This document shows positions 58,947-64,000 of a stretch of 64,000 nt of DNA, piece by piece (position 1 is the stretch's first letter; each line of letters opens with the position of its first letter). The stretch spans positions 17,418 through 81,417 of the forward strand of contig CAZJVP010000090.1 in the NCBI GenBank assembly GCA_964549615.1, given 5' to 3'. Both the position numbers and the translations under genes were made by a program. Origin of the DNA: an uncultured Thermococci archaeon (GTDB taxonomy: Archaea > CAYQAE01 > CAYVLA01). The notes beneath the pieces are model-generated. The model did no database searches and had not been told where the DNA came from. It was given only the letters and a program-made list of their open reading frames with translations.

Positions 58947-59848
58947 TGGGTCGCGGAGCGTCCCGATGCAACTGAGCCACTCTCCTTCCGAGCTCGGTAT
59001 CCCTAGGTCCGGCAACGGTTCCACCCGGGTCAGATGCCGGAGCTGTGTTCGTAGGCTTCTGGGATCGCCTGGTGAAGACCGCGCGCGCGGTGGCGATTGC
59101 ACCCGCCGCCGATGCGATGTCCACAAGCAGGGTGTAGGCCATGGCTCTATTTCGTTGTCTGTTCAGTGCCTGCTCCCTCGTTTCCCTTCTGACATCGGCG
59201 AGCTCCCCTCCGAGGTAGGTGGAGCCTTCGTCCATCCCCAGTTTCAGCGTGTCTCGCCTTCGAAGGGCCCGAAGACGTAGACCAAGCAGCGAGTCAACAG
59301 CTGTCTGACCTCAGGAATGCTCCAGGAATGGTTGGACCAATTCAGGTCCCTATCGTACCGGCCGGTGGCGTCAATGTGTCTAAGGCCAACGAAGTACACC
59401 GATCGTCCTGACTTTCGCTAATACAACAGGACCGAGGGCACATCGCCCGACTGGGTCGCCGTCGTCGAGGCGTAGAGCACCGTGACGTTTCCCTCCTCGG
59501 GCATCCACCATCTTTCTTCGGGTATTGGGTCCTTGAAGACCAGTCCTGCGTCCGGCAGGTCAAGAAGCTCGAGGGACTGGGCATTGATGGTGTGGTTTGC
59601 GTACTTCACGTGGGTGTGTCCTAAGGTGGTGACCTTGCCCCGGACTATCTTCCCCGGGATGACCCTGGTGATCTCCGGGGGAATACGTCCCTTGAGATCC
59701 GGTCGGCAGTCCTCCCTCAGTGCCAGATTCCAGGTTCAGGGAAGATCGAAGTAGTTTTCCCGTCTACCGAGGGCGCCGACCACCTTCCCCGTGCGTGGAA
59801 ATGGCGTGGGAAGGACACTTCATACCCTGCTGAGGCCAAGGGCATCCA
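58942..59848 (-). pseudogene. Probable degraded gene remnants
   Basis: ATG directly after the upstream stop closes after 9 codons; protein-like fragments follow in shifting frames (KYANHT...VLLY; TM plus basic tail AGAIATARAVFTRRSQK). Confidence 0.35.
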
Positions 59849-59849
59849 T

Positions 59850-61094
59850 TTATTCCTCGACGTGCGCGAGCCTCGTGGTTTCCAGGTCCTTGTAGAAGTG
59901 CCTCCTGACCATGAGGAGCCACAGGAAGAAACCGCAGATCATGGATGTCCCGGACACCGCCAGATACTCGGTCAGGTAGACCCAGAAGAGGGCTTTACCT
60001 CTGAGTTCGGTTGACTTGGATGTGATGCCCACCAGGCCTTCGAGGGCCTCTTTCATTCTCTCAAGGGACCCCTCGTAGTTGCCCTTCATGTAGAGCGTGT
60101 TGGCCTCGTTCCTCTTTCTCTCCAGCTTGTCGAGCAAAGCGTAGGGGGGGTGTTGGCCCCGAACCTGTCGATGAAGTCCATCATGGACACCATCATGTTC
60201 TTCTGCTCGCAGAAGGCGATGAGGCTCGCCCTTATGGTGTGGCCGAGCTCGAGGTCCTCCGGCACAGGCACATCGGCCGGGAAGTAGATCCTGTTGAGGA
60301 TGAAGTCGACGTGATACTTCCAGTCCCTGATGGCGGGATTTGCGAACATGAAATCCATGATCGGCAGGCAAAGGGTGACGCCCGCCCCATGCCGTGTGGA
60401 GACTAGGCATCCTCGCCGCCCGCCTTCCATTTGGCGTGGACCAGGGCGCCGGGGCGCGCCGCTATGAGGCCTGCTCCTCTGCCGCCTGAAAAACCGATGG
60501 GCTGCTTCTCGAAGTCGGGGAGGTTGACGACGGGAGTCCTCGCCGCGACCGTTAGCCCAAGCCCAGCCTTTGATGACTGCTCGATGAAGACGTCCATCGG
60601 CCACGCCTTGTAGATCACGGAATTCATCCAGTCCTCCGGCCTGTTGCAGTAGAGCATTGGGTCGGTGAGACAGGGCTGCCAGCCCATGTGTACTAGTACG
60701 AGCCCCAGGCCGTCCTCGTAGATCGAGTCATGGATCCAGTTCTGCTGCTCGTCGCTGAAGACCCAGGGCGGCGAGAACATGAGCTGGATCACATCCACGC
60801 CCGAGCTGAGGCGTTCCTTGGTTCTTGGGAAGCTGATGCGCGCCCGTCTTCGGACCTCCTCAGCCGGGAGACCGTTCGAGCTCTCGATGCTTGCGACCAG
60901 AAGTATCCTCGGGTCGGACCTGATGATGCTGACGGCATACTCGTGCAGGGCCTGCCACTGGTTGCCGACTGCGATGAGCCTTATCCTGTCCGTCGACGGG
61001 TCGTCTTGCAGACGGACGAGTACTGTGACGCGGCAAGGAGAAGCAGCTTAACGGTCAGGGCAAGGGTCTGCGGACGGCCCAGGTGGTTTGCCAT
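59850..61094 (-). pseudogene. Membrane-anchored paralog family, copy 6, with three frameshifts
   Basis: Signal peptide from ATG 61094 / DPSTDRIRLI...RISFPRT...EDA / LVSTRHG...DFIDRFGAN / ALFWVYLTEY-TM-LMVRRHFYK in successive frames; shifts near 61000-61040, 60405 and the G7 run at 60144-50. Confidence 0.8.
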
Positions 61095-61163
61095 GTCGTT
61101 GGGCCCTGGGGCTGTCTTTGAAAGATATGACCCCACGGCCGAAATCCCTGACCCGTCGGCACT

Positions 61164-63896
61164 TCAATCGATCCGGACATTTGCGAAAGCCCTTACGACC
61201 ACGGGGCCCAGAATCCCCGAGGGCTGAGGCTGGACTGCCTTCTCACCTGGGGGCGGGAACCTCCTGCCGTACTTGCGCTCCAGTTCCGAGTAGTCCGGGT
61301 CGGGGAGCTCAAGCACCTTGTTGATGAGAAGGTTGGAGACCTCGACCCGCAGCAAGTTGTCGCCCTTGCGAGCGTATCTTGTGATATCCAGCTTGTACGG
61401 CGGAGCCCAGAGCCTTGCGGCAAGCTTGCCGTTGACGCGCACAGTTGCGACCTCCCTCACATCTCCCAAGTCGAGCTCAAGCCCGATGCCGCGCGCCAGG
61501 TATTCCTTCGGCAGGTTGAAGGTAGTTCTGTAGATGCCCGGGCCGGAGTAGCCTTTGGCCTCGGGGATCTCGGTCCATGAGCACAGCTTGTCAAGCCTTC
61601 GTGACTTCAAGCGACCTTCAATGGTCAAAGCCCATCCAGCGATGTCAAGGCTTGGGGGTATCTCCTTCACTCGGAGTCTCCGGCTACGCCCATCGTGATC
61701 CTTCACCACGTGACTGCCCGGCCGATCAGCCCTGGCTACCAACCCGCCGACGGGCGACCTCTCAACTATGGGCAGGTCCGAGCGCAGCAGGTGGAACTGC
61801 GGCCTTGCCTTGCGGAAGGCGATGAGGTGGGACCCGTAGGGTGCAAACCGCAGCGATAGCGTGGTCCTGGCGCCCATGGGCCGGTACACGCAGCACTGCT
61901 TCCGTTGGCCGCTCTGAGGATCGATCAGATACGGAACCCGCCCGTTGACGCGGAAGGTTATGTCCAGGGTCTTTTCTAGATCGGAGGAGTTGCTCAGGAA
62001 GTAGATCTCCTCTCCCGGACATGCGCGGTGGATGAACAGCACGCTGGGATCGGGGCTGGGGAGCTCGACGTCTGGCTCCACCAACCTCCGCAGGATCGCG
62101 CTGATCTCCTTCTCGGACTCGGCGACCGCCGGCGAGAGCGTGCCGGCCATCGCACTCATCCTCTCCAACTCTGCTCGAAGCGAAGCCATCTCGGATGCGC
62201 TCCTCTGGTCTCCCGGCGGGTGGGGCGCAGCGGTTGGAAGCCTGCTGACGAAGACGATCGGTACCTTGTGCTTGGCCAGCTCTAGGAGTTTCCTCATGGC
62301 CTCTATAGCGATGTAGTCAACTTGGGGGACGAGAAGCAGGCGATACTTGAGCCCGGAGACCACCAGGACCCCGTCGCGCGCCTCGGACCTGAGAAGGATC
62401 TCATCGTTGGCGATGTCGAAGTCGTTCCCCGCGGCCCAGACGACATCGGGCAATGAGCCGAGCTGCTGGATGAGGCGGGTGAGCGTCGTGGGCTTTGATT
62501 CGTTAGTCATCTTGCACCAGATGTCGGCAAGGGAGGTGTAGATGAGGACGTCAGCGGTCGAGATCCCCCTGTGCAGTTCCCGGCAAAGGCGGGCGTTGCG
62601 CGCGTTGAGGAACTTTACGTATGGCCACCACGTGTTGTTCTGGTTGATCTGGGTCTCGGCGTAGAACGCCCATCCCGGCGACCCGATGCTCCTAGGCGAA
62701 TAGGGGAATCCGTGGTAGATGAGATGGTTGACGCCGTGGCAGAACAGCCTGTCGGCGACGACCTTCAGCATCCTGGGATTGACCAAGAACCTAGGCCTTC
62801 TGAGATAGGTATAGGTCTCGCAGGAGACATCGGTTCTTCCGTAGAGGTGGGCAGCGGAGGAGGCAATCTTCGGGATCTTGGTGATGAGGGGGCTATCGGC
62901 CGACCAGCCCAGCTCGGACTCGCACTCTGGGATGTCCAGTTCCCCGTAGCACTTGATTATGTCTGCAGGCTCCTCGCCATGGGCCTGGATCCTGCAGTAG
63001 GCTCCCTTGGCGTGGCACCATTCCTGCATGGCCATCATGTAGTCTTCCAAGGTCAGCTCGGAGAGCGTCCTCCAGTAGTCGTAACGGAGTCCCGCCGAGA
63101 TGTCCGGCACCTCGCTGTCAAGGGCGGGCAGGTAGGGAAGCAGCTCGTACCCCCTCCTACGGCGGAACTCCTCGGGGAGGCGCTCAGTCCAGTTGGAGCC
63201 GAACACCTCCCAGCTGTCGGAGAAGAAGCACCTGGTCTTGCCCTTTGTGGCGCGAGCAAGCTTCTCGCCGACCTCGCGGAAGTGCGTCTCCATGGCCTTG
63301 CGCGAATAGTGGTCCAGAACCCAACCCTCGGCGCCGACCGTGGCCCGTTTGACCATCATCCGGGTGTAGCTAGTCGCGTAACGGACTATCCTCCAGTTGC
63401 CCGCCGGCGCGGTCCACTGCTGAACCGCCCTGGGCTTGAGCAGATCCACCGCCCTCTCCAGATCCAGACGACCCCGGTCAATCGGGGCGGCCTTCAGGAG
63501 GATGACCTCCTCGTCTTGCTCTAGGGGTTTGTCTTTGCTATCCCATGTCTGGCCCTCGGCAAGGTCCCAGAAGTCGTACCTGATCTTGCGCGCCGCCTCC
63601 TCCTTTGGGACGTGCGGCCCGCCGAATGGCCAACCGCTGCCCAGCGTGACGTCAACTGTCAGCCCAAGACGGGTGGCCGTGTCCGCCGCAAAGCTCACCA
63701 TCTCGAGGAACTCTTCGGAGAGCCATGGCAAGTTGCGGGTTTCGTCCGCGCTTAAAGGGTAGACCGGCTGTAACTCGATGCCCCCGAAGCCGCACCTCCT
63801 CATCTCCCGGAGTTGGTATTCGATCTCGGCCTTCTCGACGGCGCCTCCGAACCACCACCATCGAGCGAACGGCTTGTACCTGGACAGTCGCCTCAT
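61164..63896 (-). CDS. GH106-like (alpha-L-rhamnosidase) glycoside hydrolase
   Basis: PFARWWWFG, GFGGIE, TLGSGWPFGGP, LDHYS, FSDSWE, IPECE, ASSAAHLYG, LDLGDV...PSGILGPV. Confidence 0.82.
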   Translation of the reverse strand: MRRLSRYKPFARWWWFGGAVEKAEIEYQLREMRRCGFGGIELQPVYPLSADETRNLPWLSEEFLEMVSFAADTATRLGLTVDVTLGSGWPFGGPHVPKEEAARKIRYDFWDLAEGQTWDSKDKPLEQDEEVILLKAAPIDRGRLDLERAVDLLKPRAVQQWTAPAGNWRIVRYATSYTRMMVKRATVGAEGWVLDHYSRKAMETHFREVGEKLARATKGKTRCFFSDSWEVFGSNWTERLPEEFRRRRGYELLPYLPALDSEVPDISAGLRYDYWRTLSELTLEDYMMAMQEWCHAKGAYCRIQAHGEEPADIIKCYGELDIPECESELGWSADSPLITKIPKIASSAAHLYGRTDVSCETYTYLRRPRFLVNPRMLKVVADRLFCHGVNHLIYHGFPYSPRSIGSPGWAFYAETQINQNNTWWPYVKFLNARNARLCRELHRGISTADVLIYTSLADIWCKMTNESKPTTLTRLIQQLGSLPDVVWAAGNDFDIANDEILLRSEARDGVLVVSGLKYRLLLVPQVDYIAIEAMRKLLELAKHKVPIVFVSRLPTAAPHPPGDQRSASEMASLRAELERMSAMAGTLSPAVAESEKEISAILRRLVEPDVELPSPDPSVLFIHRACPGEEIYFLSNSSDLEKTLDITFRVNGRVPYLIDPQSGQRKQCCVYRPMGARTTLSLRFAPYGSHLIAFRKARPQFHLLRSDLPIVERSPVGGLVARADRPGSHVVKDHDGRSRRLRVKEIPPSLDIAGWALTIEGRLKSRRLDKLCSWTEIPEAKGYSGPGIYRTTFNLPKEYLARGIGLELDLGDVREVATVRVNGKLAARLWAPPYKLDITRYARKGDNLLRVEVSNLLINKVLELPDPDYSELERKYGRRFPPPGEKAVQPQPSGILGPVVVRAFANVRID

Positions 63897-64000
63897 ATGT
63901 CCGTTCCTTCTCCCTGCAACATCTTCCCTGCCTGAAAGCATCGTGACCGCTCGAAGGTACACCAAATGCGATCAGATCGGTTGGCCAATCGACGCGACGC

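Noticed and set aside
1-64000. CRISPR arrays, tRNA/rRNA genes, transposases, integrases
   Set aside because: No spaced repeats, cloverleafs or recombinase motifs were recognised by eye; short elements could have been missed.

Overview
GC-rich archaeal chromosomal segment from an uncultured-looking lineage; a TACK/Bathyarchaeia-like affiliation is only an inference. A housekeeping core (dnaG, rpl10e, 2-phosphoglycerate kinase, pgk, PolD small subunit, hisS, tRNA splicing endonuclease, npdG, aspartate kinase, hsp20-regulator-cdc48 operon) is embedded among carbohydrate/nucleoside utilisation genes (sulfatase, nucleoside hydrolase plus BMP-type ABC transporter, GH42-, GH36- and GH106-like hydrolases, Asp-box sialidase-like proteins, DUF1080). 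Six copies of one ~400-aa membrane-anchored paralog family are present (one runs off the window, one has three frameshifts). Main candidates for novelty: (1) a three-gene operon at 54.9-58.3 kb where a DUF2207-like membrane protein ending in GGG-(CA)6-GGGR is translationally coupled to a radical SAM/SPASM enzyme with a PqqD/RRE-like N-terminus, suggesting RiPP-style modification of a membrane protein tail; (2) a ~540-nt promoter-driven, highly base-paired non-coding region directly upstream of dnaG that lacks RNase P and SRP signatures; (3) a PolD DP1 with substituted catalytic residues; (4) a ~155-nt multi-hairpin element after a small CxxC-x17-CxxC gene. No rRNA, tRNA, CRISPR array or transposase was recognised. 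All family assignments come from motif recognition by eye, not from database searches.
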